Shown here in pieces: positions 28,699 through 37,218 of a stretch of 64,000 nucleotides of DNA. The DNA lies in assembly GCA_049294275.1 (NCBI GenBank), contig JBAQCQ010000053.1, forward strand, positions 10,971 through 74,970. The letters are read 5' to 3'. Both the position numbers and the translations under genes were made by a program. The stretch is from Bacteroidales bacterium (GTDB taxonomy: Bacteria; Bacteroidota; Bacteroidia; Bacteroidales; VadinHA17). Every line of letters begins with the position of its first letter. Within the stretch, counting starts at the first letter, position 1. The notes beneath the pieces were generated by a model. That model did not search any database. It was given only the letters and a program-made list of their open reading frames with translations, and was not told the DNA's origin.

Positions 28699-29750
28699 AG
28701 AGAACCGTACTCATCACCGGGGGAGCCGGGTTCATAGGCTCACATGTCGTAAGAAGATTTGTAAAAAAATACCCCGGTTACACAATCGTCAACGCAGATA
28801 AGCTGACCTATGCAGGGAACCTTGGCAACCTCACCGACATTGAAAAGGCGCCCAACTATCATTTCCGCAGGGTTGACATAGTTGACAAACAGGCCGTTAG
28901 CACCCTTTTCAGCGAGTTCAGGTTCGACGGTGTCATACACCTGGCTGCCGAGTCGCATGTCGACAGGTCAATCAGCTCACCTGATGAGTTTATCTATACA
29001 AACATAATCGGTACCGTAAACCTGCTGACGGCATTCCGTGATATCGCGCCCGGCAGCGATGTGAGGAAAATCTTTTACCATATCTCCACCGACGAGGTCT
29101 ACGGCTCGCTTGAACATGGCGGCTTCTTCACCGAACAGACCGCCTACGATCCCCGGAGCCCCTATTCGGCCTCCAAGGCAAGTTCGGATCACATGGTACG
29201 GGCTTTCGGGAACACCTATGGGCTGCCATGGGTGATATCAAACTGCTCGAACAACTACGGTCCCAACCAGTTCCCCGAGAAGCTTATACCTCTTACAATC
29301 AATAACATCAAGACCGGCAAACCCATTCCCGTTTACGGCAAGGGTGAGAACATCAGGGACTGGCTGTATGTTGAGGATCACGCTGCTGCAATTGACCTGA
29401 TCTTCCATGAGGGCAGGCCGGGTGAAACCTACAATGTGGGAGGTGACAACGAGTGGAAGAACATTGACCTCGTGCGATTACTCTGCACCATCATGGATAA
29501 AAAGCTTGGCAAGGCCGAAGGAAGCTCTGAAAAGCTGATAACCTATGTCACTGACCGTGCAGGGCACGACCTCAGGTACGCCATTGACAGCAGCAAGCTG
29601 CAGAAGGAGCTGGGGTGGAAGCCGTCGGTCACCTTCGAACAGGGGCTGGAGATTACCGTCGGGTGGTACCTGGCGAATGAATCATGGCTCGAGACGATAA
29701 TCTCAGGAGCCTACGCGAAGTATTACGAGGAGATGTACGGGAACCGGTAG
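28695..29750 (+). CDS. rfbB: dTDP-glucose 4,6-dehydratase
   Basis: Start moved to ATG 28695 (an ATGA overlap with the galE stop). It has VLITGGAGFIGSH, ISTDEVYG and YSASKA. Confidence 0.92.
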   Translation: MKRTVLITGGAGFIGSHVVRRFVKKYPGYTIVNADKLTYAGNLGNLTDIEKAPNYHFRRVDIVDKQAVSTLFSEFRFDGVIHLAAESHVDRSISSPDEFIYTNIIGTVNLLTAFRDIAPGSDVRKIFYHISTDEVYGSLEHGGFFTEQTAYDPRSPYSASKASSDHMVRAFGNTYGLPWVISNCSNNYGPNQFPEKLIPLTINNIKTGKPIPVYGKGENIRDWLYVEDHAAAIDLIFHEGRPGETYNVGGDNEWKNIDLVRLLCTIMDKKLGKAEGSSEKLITYVTDRAGHDLRYAIDSSKLQKELGWKPSVTFEQGLEITVGWYLANESWLETIISGAYAKYYEEMYGNR

Positions 29751-29816
29751 AATTTGCGATTGCCGATTTGCGATTAAAAGATTTTAATTAAATCGAAAAT
29801 CTGAAATCAAAAATTC
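29750..29816. repeat. Composite intergenic palindromic element, copy B
   Basis: The arms are AATTTGCGATTGCCGATTTGCGATT and AATCGAAAATCTGAAATCAAAAATT (20/25 complementary), with a loop containing TTAATTAA. It shares the 18-nt AATCGAAAATCTGAAATC with copy A. Confidence 0.85.
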
Positions 29817-29827
29817 TCTTATACTGA

Positions 29828-31816
29828 CTAAGTAATGACCTTCAGGCGGCTGATCAGCTCATCACCCAGTTCCGACTTGACCTTTATGTGATCGAGGATG
29901 GCGAGCACCACGCTGTTCTTCTCGAAATCGCCCCTCACCTGCTCGAAATCACGCTTTTTAACCTCATCGTCACCGTCGATGCCGAAGCCGGTCATAGACG
30001 AGAGGGTGAACTCCTTGCGGGCATCCTCATAGAGCATCCTGTCGAGGTCAACCACGCTCTTCTTCCACCTTTCGACTATATCAATAATATCTTTGGCCGT
30101 AAGCTTCTCATTGGGTTTTCCGGTCTCGAAGGGAAGTCTTTCATATATCCACATCCACTCCATGTCATAGTAATGCCTGTGGATCTGCTCGAAGCTCCTG
30201 TTTATGGCGTCGGCGTTTTTCATCTCCCTGTGCTCGATTGACACAAGCAGTTCCTCAATCGACCTCAGCGGAGCAATGAGACCCGCCATGTCAATCCAGT
30301 CACCTGTGCCCCTGTCGGATTCCGGCTTCAGTCTCTTCCTGATATCGGCATCCGTTTTGAACTCAGTCCCTTCCAGCCTCTTGATAACCGAGTTGCCGAT
30401 GAACTTGTCAATCCCCATCTGGTAGAGCATTATGCCCCTCTCGGCGGCAGAGCTCTTCATCCTCATCCTGTCGAAGGCAATAAAAGGCTGGTCAGGATTC
30501 TCGCGGAGCAGTTTCTTGAGTAGATCCCTTCCGTTCATCATCTTGCCCACGGTAAACGGACTCAGCAGGTTATAGTTTATCTGGTCAAGCTTCTTCGGGT
30601 CTTTGCGTACGTCGCGTTTAGGCCATTTCTGGGCGTCACGTATCGTTCCCACGCTGCGGAGATTGATTCCCGGTATAAGTTGTGATTCGTAGTTCACCTC
30701 GGTAAGGTAGGAGAACGGAAACTGAGTTGTATCGACATTATGGTAATGTCTCCCCACTACCAGGGTAAACGGTCCGATGCGTGAAGGCCACAATACGTAG
30801 GAATCGGATGTGGTTTTTGACCCTCTCTCCATGATACCCTGGTGTATCGGACCGAGCTTGTACATGTGGTTGCTCTGGTTTGATCCGCTTCCGGCGTTCA
30901 TGAATGAGAAGATCCCGGCTATCAGCAGTGTTGATTTGTGATGTGTGACGGTGAAGGGCCCGGCGAATATTGAACATGCCTCGCCGTGATAACCGCCGCA
31001 GTTGGAAAAGAAGAGCGAGTTTTCGGCAGAGTACTGCTTTGAAAGGGTGCATCCCTGGCCGATGAAGCACTTGTCAATGACAGCAGCGTCATTGACCCTT
31101 GATCCCGAGCAGATTATAAAGTGATCCATGATCACGTCATTGCCGATATAGACCGGGTCCCTGAACGAGCTGTTAACTGATCCTTCCGCCAGCCTCGAGA
31201 TATCCTCTATAACTGCACCGTGACCTATCTTTACATTTTTTATTGTGCCGCACCCGGCTATAAATGACCCGGCGCCGATCTCCCCGCGGTCCGACTTGAC
31301 GCTTTCAGTGTAGTCGGCAATGAGTTTTTCTATTACTTCAATGGCAGCAGGCCTGTGCCTGTAGAGGGTGATGATATATGCCATGTGCGAGGTCAGGCGG
31401 TCCCAGATGGGTACCTCCCTGCCACCTGTCTCGTTCAGTACGGCAACGCGTGTTCCGTTACCGAATGATGTCCGTCCTTCCGTTGAGATATGGCCGCAGT
31501 TCCTGATGACGACTCCCTCTCCGATATCATAGTTGGCGATGAATCCGGTTATATCAGTGATTGTGACATTGTCGGCCACCGTGCAGTTGTGTATATGCGC
31601 ATTCCTTATGCCGTGCAGCAGCGGCAGTCCGCATCTCTCGCGCGCAACTCCGTTGAAAAGACCGAGCCTGACAATACCTGAAAAGGTAACATTCTGTATC
31701 CTTTCGGCATTGAAAGGGTCTTTGACAAAGACACTCTCCCATGAATTGCTCCGGCAACCTGCAGCCTCAAGGCCGCGGATCTCTCCAATACTCAGACTTC
31801 TGTAACCGTCAGCCAT
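29828..31816 (-). CDS. DUF4954-like protein (beta-helix-like N-terminal half, helical C-terminal half), function unknown
   Basis: 662 aa, 16 nt downstream of glmS on the same strand. I recall this family being syntenic with glmS in Bacteroidales. No catalytic motif recognised. Confidence 0.65.
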   Translation of the reverse strand: MADGYRSLSIGEIRGLEAAGCRSNSWESVFVKDPFNAERIQNVTFSGIVRLGLFNGVARERCGLPLLHGIRNAHIHNCTVADNVTITDITGFIANYDIGEGVVIRNCGHISTEGRTSFGNGTRVAVLNETGGREVPIWDRLTSHMAYIITLYRHRPAAIEVIEKLIADYTESVKSDRGEIGAGSFIAGCGTIKNVKIGHGAVIEDISRLAEGSVNSSFRDPVYIGNDVIMDHFIICSGSRVNDAAVIDKCFIGQGCTLSKQYSAENSLFFSNCGGYHGEACSIFAGPFTVTHHKSTLLIAGIFSFMNAGSGSNQSNHMYKLGPIHQGIMERGSKTTSDSYVLWPSRIGPFTLVVGRHYHNVDTTQFPFSYLTEVNYESQLIPGINLRSVGTIRDAQKWPKRDVRKDPKKLDQINYNLLSPFTVGKMMNGRDLLKKLLRENPDQPFIAFDRMRMKSSAAERGIMLYQMGIDKFIGNSVIKRLEGTEFKTDADIRKRLKPESDRGTGDWIDMAGLIAPLRSIEELLVSIEHREMKNADAINRSFEQIHRHYYDMEWMWIYERLPFETGKPNEKLTAKDIIDIVERWKKSVVDLDRMLYEDARKEFTLSSMTGFGIDGDDEVKKRDFEQVRGDFEKNSVVLAILDHIKVKSELGDELISRLKVIT

Positions 31817-31832
31817 AATACTCAGGTTTTAA

Positions 31833-33671
31833 TTATTCCACAGTGACTGATTTTGCCAGGTTACGCGGCTGATCGACGTCGCATCCGCGGAGAACGGCAA
31901 TATGGTAGGACAACAACTGCAACGGGATCACGGCCAGAACAGGGGCAAAGACCGACATCGTCTCCGGCACCTCCATCACGTAGTCAGCCATCCGGCTGAT
32001 AATCTGGTCGCCCTCGGTGACAACGGCTATTATCTTTCCCTTGCGTGCCTTGACCTCCTGGATGTTGCTCACTATCTTATCATAGGAGTTTTCCTTCGTT
32101 GCTACAACCACAACGGGCATATGTTCATCAATAAGTGCTATCGGTCCGTGCTTCATCTCGGCAGCCGGATACCCCTCGGCATGGATGTAAGAGATCTCCT
32201 TGAGTTTAAGTGCTCCCTCCAGTGCAACCGGGTAGAGCACTCCCCTGCCCAGGTACAGGGCATTGGTTGAATCCTTGTAAATATGAGCCAGGGCAAGTGC
32301 CTGGTCATTTATCTTAAGCGCCGATTCAACCTTGCCAGGCAGGCTTGTAAGCTCGGCGATTAGTTCACGGTAGCGGGTCTCGTCAAGGAGTCCCTTGCGG
32401 TAACCTATCTCGAATGAGATCATTGCCAGCGTGACCACCTGTGTGGTGAAGGCCTTCGTTGAGGCCACCCCTATCTCAGGGCCGGCATGGGTGAAGACAC
32501 CGGCATTGGTCTCACGTGATATTGATGAACCCACAACATTGCAGATACCCAGCACCATCGCCCCGTGTTCCTTTGCCAGCTTTATGGCAGCCAGCGTGTC
32601 GGCAGTTTCGCCGCTCTGGCTTATGGCCAGGACAATGTCGCCCTTCTTGATCACCGGGTTACGGTACCTGAACTCCGAGGCATATTCAACCTCGACAGGT
32701 ATGCGGCAGTACTCCTCAATGATATACTCGCCAACCAGCCCGGCATGCCATGATGTGCCGCATGCAACAATCAGTATCCTGTCTGCCGATGCCATGGTGT
32801 CAAACACATTGTGCAGCCCTCCCAGCATCAAGCCTGCCTGGTTTGGCAGCACCCTTCCCCTGAACGTGTCATGGATGGCGCGGGGCTGTTCAAATATCTC
32901 CTTGAGCATGAAATGAGCGTAGCCCTCCTTGTCTATCTCCCCGATCTTCAGGTCAACCTCCTTTACTTCGGGTTCGACCCGCTTGTTCCTGATAGCCTTA
33001 AGCACCATCTCATCCTTGCGTATCACCGCCAGGTCGTCGTCATTGAGATAAATAACACGCTGGGTATGTTCAACTATCGGTGTGGCATCCGATGCTATGA
33101 AGTTCTCCCCCTCGCCCACTCCGATCACCAGAGGTGAACCAAGCCTGGCAGCGAACAGTTTTTCCGGTTCGTCGCGGCAGTATACGGCAATGCCATAGGT
33201 GCCTTCCACCTTGTTCAGAGCCATGATGATCGCCTGCTCGGCAGAGAGGTCGCCTTCGAGATAGAGATGTTCCATAAGGTTGGCCAGCACCTCCGTGTCA
33301 GTCTGGCTCGTGAATTTCACGTCACGGCTCTCAAGATGCTTCTTGATGCGCGCATAGTTCTCGATGATGCCGTTATGCACGACTATAAAATGGCCCCGGT
33401 ACGATACCTGGGGGTGAGCGTTAATTTCATTGGGTTCCCCGTGAGTGGCCCACCGGGTGTGGCCCATGGCAATTGTTCCGTCGAAATCCCTGCTCGCGAC
33501 CATCTCTTCAAGGTCGCGGACCCTGCCTGCACACTTGAATATCTCTGTCCTTTCACCGTTGCTTATGGCAATACCGGCAGAGTCATAACCCCTGTATTCC
33601 AGCCGTTTCAGTCCGTTTATGACTATATCACGGGCAGGACGGGAACCGATGTAACCTACAATTCCACACAT
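31833..33671 (-). CDS. glmS: Glutamine--fructose-6-phosphate aminotransferase
   Basis: 612 aa with N-terminal MCGIVGY (Ntn Cys), two SIS domains, and C-terminal LAKSVTVE. Confidence 0.97.
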   Translation of the reverse strand: MCGIVGYIGSRPARDIVINGLKRLEYRGYDSAGIAISNGERTEIFKCAGRVRDLEEMVASRDFDGTIAMGHTRWATHGEPNEINAHPQVSYRGHFIVVHNGIIENYARIKKHLESRDVKFTSQTDTEVLANLMEHLYLEGDLSAEQAIIMALNKVEGTYGIAVYCRDEPEKLFAARLGSPLVIGVGEGENFIASDATPIVEHTQRVIYLNDDDLAVIRKDEMVLKAIRNKRVEPEVKEVDLKIGEIDKEGYAHFMLKEIFEQPRAIHDTFRGRVLPNQAGLMLGGLHNVFDTMASADRILIVACGTSWHAGLVGEYIIEEYCRIPVEVEYASEFRYRNPVIKKGDIVLAISQSGETADTLAAIKLAKEHGAMVLGICNVVGSSISRETNAGVFTHAGPEIGVASTKAFTTQVVTLAMISFEIGYRKGLLDETRYRELIAELTSLPGKVESALKINDQALALAHIYKDSTNALYLGRGVLYPVALEGALKLKEISYIHAEGYPAAEMKHGPIALIDEHMPVVVVATKENSYDKIVSNIQEVKARKGKIIAVVTEGDQIISRMADYVMEVPETMSVFAPVLAVIPLQLLSYHIAVLRGCDVDQPRNLAKSVTVE

Positions 33672-33695
33672 AATGAAGTATTAACTCTTAGTTAA

Positions 33696-34994
33696 TCAAT
33701 ATATTGTGTATGCAAACTCCAATCTGATGGAAGGATTGTTCGCGTTAGCCTTGAAGATGACATTTTTTGTTGCTGACAGCGGGAAAAAGAGTTCCACGGA
33801 AGGATTGTCAATGTCTCCTTCAATGTATTGCTGAACAAATGAGGTTACGTTGAAGATATAGCTGTCATTTTCAGTATAATAGGTCCCGTCCATGTAGCTC
33901 AGGCCATGCACCATGTCGGGGATGGCAAGTTCTTTGCCCTCGCTGTCGCGGTATCTCAGGTAAATCTGTTGGGGCATGTCCTTTTCAACATAGCTGTCAC
34001 CGTCGATGTGCACCGGGGCTATGATCCTGGCCTTGTTGACTGCCATTCTCTCAGTGCCCCTGAATGCTTCAAGCGACGGCATGTCAAGCCTGACATAGAT
34101 TCCGTAAAAGGTCTGAAGGTATGCAGCCGTATCAAGAACAAAATCATTGACATGCACTATCTTCTTGTCAGGTTCGGCAGTTGTGCGGTCATGAGTGAAC
34201 CTGTTGTAGTTCACAGCCCTTTCTGTTGCTACGAAGGAATAAGATTTGACAACGGTATCTGTGGCATGATAATATATTGTAATCGCCAGGGGATTGTCAG
34301 CAGCAGTCAGGGTCATCAGAACCGGGCTGGTCTCGCTCCTGATACCGAAATAGAGACCCCTGAAAAATTCCTTGTAGAACCTGGAAGCGGGTCTGAACAT
34401 GGCAGTATCCCTGAAGAGGTACTCAGCCACCTCGTTGTCAATTCTGACAGAGTAGGAGGAATCTTTTTTAAGTACCGGCATGGGATACTCTCCCAGGAAC
34501 CTGATCGTGTCAGGAGCCTGTCCCGTATAGTAGACATCCGGATCGGTCAGTTCTGTCCCGGTTTCATAAATCCTGATATGGTGAACAGAAGCAGTATCGC
34601 CGGAAATGGCTGAAGGAATGAATCTGAGGAAAACTGAATCTATGTTGATTACCGATTTTCGCAGGGAGTCAAGGAGCCTGAGCTGGGTCACGAAATCGCT
34701 GTGGGTGTTCCCGAAATAGGCATCGTAGATGCCGCCTGCAATCATCTTCGTACTGTCTGATGAAACAGAATTCTCATTGTACATCGTATAGGCCTTTACC
34801 CTGAAAGTGTCAGTGGTATAGACCGATATAAAATCCTCATCCGGCAGCAGTCCCTTGCCGATATTTGTCGGATCCTCGTTGCACGAGGCAACTATCAGTG
34901 ATAAGGGGATGAAGAGAGAAAATATCTGTTTAAGGGGGCCGGTAGCAAGACCGTTCTGGTTCTTATTTCTTGTTTTCAAGTAAGAGCTTGTCAT
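33696..34994 (-). CDS. DUF4270-like lipoprotein, function unknown
   Basis: Track ORF 33696..35105, with the nearest plausible start at ATG 34994. Lipobox LIVAS|C. It overlaps the upstream gene end by about 30 nt. The start is uncertain. Confidence 0.6.
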   Translation of the reverse strand: MTSSYLKTRNKNQNGLATGPLKQIFSLFIPLSLIVASCNEDPTNIGKGLLPDEDFISVYTTDTFRVKAYTMYNENSVSSDSTKMIAGGIYDAYFGNTHSDFVTQLRLLDSLRKSVINIDSVFLRFIPSAISGDTASVHHIRIYETGTELTDPDVYYTGQAPDTIRFLGEYPMPVLKKDSSYSVRIDNEVAEYLFRDTAMFRPASRFYKEFFRGLYFGIRSETSPVLMTLTAADNPLAITIYYHATDTVVKSYSFVATERAVNYNRFTHDRTTAEPDKKIVHVNDFVLDTAAYLQTFYGIYVRLDMPSLEAFRGTERMAVNKARIIAPVHIDGDSYVEKDMPQQIYLRYRDSEGKELAIPDMVHGLSYMDGTYYTENDSYIFNVTSFVQQYIEGDIDNPSVELFFPLSATKNVIFKANANNPSIRLEFAYTIY

Positions 34995-35784
34995 AAAAAT
35001 CATTGTAAACATCAATATAATTCTCCTCACCCTGGAACTCCAGCGTGGGTTTGCCCATGGCTGCGACCTGTTTCCTGACCTGTTCGTCAATCTTGTCTGT
35101 GGCAATAATTATGCCGTCTGAATTTTCCGCCGCCAGTTTTGTCAGGCTCTGAAAATCGACGTTGTTTTTGATAGCCTTGAGTGCACCGCTGTCTATTCCG
35201 TCAGCTTCCAGCTTGTCAGCCAGCGAGGATTTCAGAGGCTTTTTAAACCCGTTATTGTAAACTGAATAGACGGTTTTAAGCTTGCTGAACACAGGGTCAT
35301 CATGGTAAAGCTTGCGCAGGTAGAGCGGAATGAGTGACGTGAGCCATCCGTGACAGTGTACGATGTCAGGGCTCCACCGTAGTTTCCTCACCGTCTCAAT
35401 AACTCCCCTGGCAAAGAAAATGGCCCTCTCGTCATTGTCTTCATATTCATTGCCTGAAGCATCGGCAACAGTATGTTTGCGCTGGAAGTAGTCATCATTG
35501 TCGATAAAATAGACCTGCATACGTGCCGACTGTATTGAAGCCACCTTGATGATGAGCGGGTGATCGGTGTCATCTATGATCAGGTTCATCCCCGAAAGGC
35601 GTATGACCTCATGAAGCTGGTTTCTCCTCTCATTGATTGAACCATATCGGGGCATGAAGGTCCGGATCTCCTTCCCTCTCTCCTGTATGCCCTGCGGCAG
35701 ATCACGGCTGATCTTTGAAAGCTTTGTCTCGCCAAGATAAGGCATTATCTCCTGCGACACAAACAATACCTTTCTGCTCTCCAT
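34963..35784 (-). CDS. Glycogen/starch-synthase-like protein with the N-terminal (GT5) domain only
   Basis: Start moved to ATG 35784 (MESRKVLFVSQEIMPY), because a TAnnTTTG box lies inside the longer ORF. It has the KVLFVSQE, then CHGWLTSLIP layout of the GlgA N-domain, but only 273 aa. Confidence 0.75.
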   Translation of the reverse strand: MESRKVLFVSQEIMPYLGETKLSKISRDLPQGIQERGKEIRTFMPRYGSINERRNQLHEVIRLSGMNLIIDDTDHPLIIKVASIQSARMQVYFIDNDDYFQRKHTVADASGNEYEDNDERAIFFARGVIETVRKLRWSPDIVHCHGWLTSLIPLYLRKLYHDDPVFSKLKTVYSVYNNGFKKPLKSSLADKLEADGIDSGALKAIKNNVDFQSLTKLAAENSDGIIIATDKIDEQVRKQVAAMGKPTLEFQGEENYIDVYNDFYDKLLLENKK

Positions 35785-35820
35785 TAAAACCTCCCGATGT
35801 ACCTTAATTTTATCAATGTG

Positions 35821-35828
35821 CAAAGATA
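35821..35828 (-). promoter_or_regulatory. -7 box candidate for the glgA-like / DUF4270 / glmS / DUF4954 operon
   Basis: TATCTTTG on the minus strand, with 36 nt to ATG 35784. It lies inside the longer track ORF. Confidence 0.35.
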
Positions 35829-35955
35829 ATAAAAAAAATACAATTAATTTCCAAGCTTTTGTACAACGGGTTACTGACAAAATGGTGTTATTTTGTAGTA
35901 CCGGGCAAGGTGCAACTCCGGTACCGGATCCGGACGGATACTAAAAGTCAGAGCG

Positions 35956-36813
35956 ATGAAGGTATTTACAACTGCAAAAGAGGTAAAGGAGCATTACAGG
36001 GCATGCGTGCTGAGGCTTCCGGGTTTTGTTCCCACGATGGGGGCCCTGCATGAAGGACATCTCTCACTGGTTGAGGCGGCAGTGAAGAGCTCCAGGATGG
36101 CCGCCGTGAGCATCTTTGTCAACCCCACACAGTTCAATGACCCGGATGACCTCCTGAAATATCCCCGGACCCCGGAGGCTGACCTGCAGATGCTCTCGGG
36201 TCTGCTCAGGGAGAACGATTTTGTCTTTACCCCAACCGTTGAGGAGATCTACCCGGAGCCTGATACGCGGGTGTTCGACTTCGGTGATCTAGAGCGGGTG
36301 ATGGAGGGGTTGCACAGGCCCGGCCACTTTAACGGCGTGGTGCAGGTTGTCTCCCGGCTCTTCGAAATCATAAGGCCATCAGCAGCATTCTTCGGGCAGA
36401 AGGATTACCAGCAGCTGACAATAATAAGGGATCTGGCACGCCGCTACTTCCCGAAGATCGAAATCGTCGCATGTCCCATTGTAAGAGAGAAGGACGGGCT
36501 GGCAATGAGCAGCCGCAATAAACGACTGCTGCCGCAACACCGTGAAAGGGCCGGAGAGATTTACAGGACACTGATCGCTGCAGCCGCGATGGCCTCTGAC
36601 TATGAGACGTCAGAGATAATGGAATTCGTCACTGACAGGATAAACATGATCCCCGACTTCCGGCTTGAATACTTTGAAATAGTGGAGGATGTAACCCTCA
36701 CCCCCGTCAGGGCAGCCATAGAGATGTCGCCGGATAAGACTTATTACGGCTGTATCGCTCTCTTTGCCGGTGATGTCAGGCTGATTGACAATATAGAGAT
36801 CAGGTTGCGCTGA
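35956..36813 (+). CDS. panC: Pantoate--beta-alanine ligase
   Basis: 285 aa with PTMGALHEGHLSL and FGQKDYQQ. Confidence 0.95.
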   Translation: MKVFTTAKEVKEHYRACVLRLPGFVPTMGALHEGHLSLVEAAVKSSRMAAVSIFVNPTQFNDPDDLLKYPRTPEADLQMLSGLLRENDFVFTPTVEEIYPEPDTRVFDFGDLERVMEGLHRPGHFNGVVQVVSRLFEIIRPSAAFFGQKDYQQLTIIRDLARRYFPKIEIVACPIVREKDGLAMSSRNKRLLPQHRERAGEIYRTLIAAAAMASDYETSEIMEFVTDRINMIPDFRLEYFEIVEDVTLTPVRAAIEMSPDKTYYGCIALFAGDVRLIDNIEIRLR

Positions 36814-36826
36814 AGAAAAGGATACT

Positions 36827-36834
36827 TATCTTTG
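36827..36834 (+). promoter_or_regulatory. -7 box candidate for panD
   Basis: TATCTTTG, with 31 nt to ATG 36866. Confidence 0.3.
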
Positions 36835-36865
36835 CACAATCAAACAGCATTTATGATTTACCAAT

Positions 36866-37216
36866 ATGATGATAGAAATTCTTAAATCGAAAATACATAA
36901 CGTCACCGTCACAGGTGCTGACCTGAATTACGTGGGCAGTGTCACCATCGATGAAGATCTTATGGATGCAGCAGGCCTGGTTGAATATGAGAAGGTCCAC
37001 GTGCTGAACAGAAACAACGGTGACAGGCTGGAGACCTATGTTATCAAAGGCCTGAGAGGATCGGGGGAGATCTGCCTCAACGGTCCGGCAGCAAGAAGAG
37101 CCGCGATCGGAGATGTGATCATCATCATGTCATATGTCCTTGCTGACATGACGGAGGCAGAGACCTTCAAACCACGCATCATAATTCCCGATACAGCCAC
37201 CAATAAACTAATCTGA
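36866..37216 (+). CDS. panD: Aspartate 1-decarboxylase
   Basis: 116 aa with [18 protein letters not shown]|SVTID, the self-cleavage Gly-Ser. Confidence 0.95.
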   Translation: MMIEILKSKIHNVTVTGADLNYVGSVTIDEDLMDAAGLVEYEKVHVLNRNNGDRLETYVIKGLRGSGEICLNGPAARRAAIGDVIIIMSYVLADMTEAETFKPRIIIPDTATNKLI

Positions 37217-37218
37217 AT

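Noticed and set aside
33906-34613. 235-aa ORF antisense to the DUF4270-like gene
   Set aside because: The minus-strand frame has a lipobox and operon context, whereas this frame has neither. The same reasoning applies to ORFs 51994..52668, 13170..13745 and 7703..8233.
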